From Pseudogymnoascus verrucosus (lineage: Eukaryota), in the NCBI GenBank assembly GCA_001662655.1, contig KV460208.1: DNA of 64,000 nt; one strand, given 5' to 3'. The first letter of the stretch is position 1. Each line of letters starts with the position of its first letter. The notes beneath the pieces were generated by a model. It made no database searches, had not been told where the DNA came from, and saw nothing but the letters and a program-made list of their open reading frames with translations. This document shows, piece after piece, positions 63,900-64,000 of the stretch. The translations under genes and the position numbers were made by a program.

Positions 63900-64000
63900 G
63901 GAAAGAACGGTTACCAAGCAAAGCCTCTGTCGTTGCTTCCTCAATAAGTTTTAACCTCTAATTAGGGAAAGAACAATTACCAAGCAAAGCCTCAGTCGTA
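63900..64000. repeat. Two ~34-bp direct repeats, period 66 bp, truncated by the window end
   Basis: GGAAAGAACGGTTACCAAGCAAAGCCTCTGTCGT and GGAAAGAACAATTACCAAGCAAAGCCTCAGTCGT. Confidence 0.8.

Overview
Eukaryotic, filamentous-ascomycete (Pezizomycotina-type) genomic DNA, judged from short GT-AG introns with CTAAC/CTGAC branch points. About 30 genes were reconstructed by hand. Most are housekeeping: an MFS transporter, flavin amine oxidase, translin, GPI11, gamma-tubulin, a GDPD, a mitochondrial carrier, RPL22, PMP3, spermidine synthase, FacB/Cat8, a SET methyltransferase, a YGR210C-like GTPase, MIC10, Air1/2, ORM1, class III ADH and Nth1. There is also a U2 snRNA with atypical details and a degenerate tRNA-like Pol III element. 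An accessory-looking block at about 32.2-40.2 kb holds a TpA-rich RIP-like relic, two gene relics, a secreted PAN/Apple-like protein, an hAT-type MITE with an intact 8-bp TSD, and an orphan coiled-coil gene. Other oddities are a possible zero-exon (recursive) double intron in SPE3, an orphan gene split by a +1 frameshift at AAA-TAG, and a GGAAAGAAC motif array. All calls come from reading the sequence; no database searches were run, and splice coordinates are manual.
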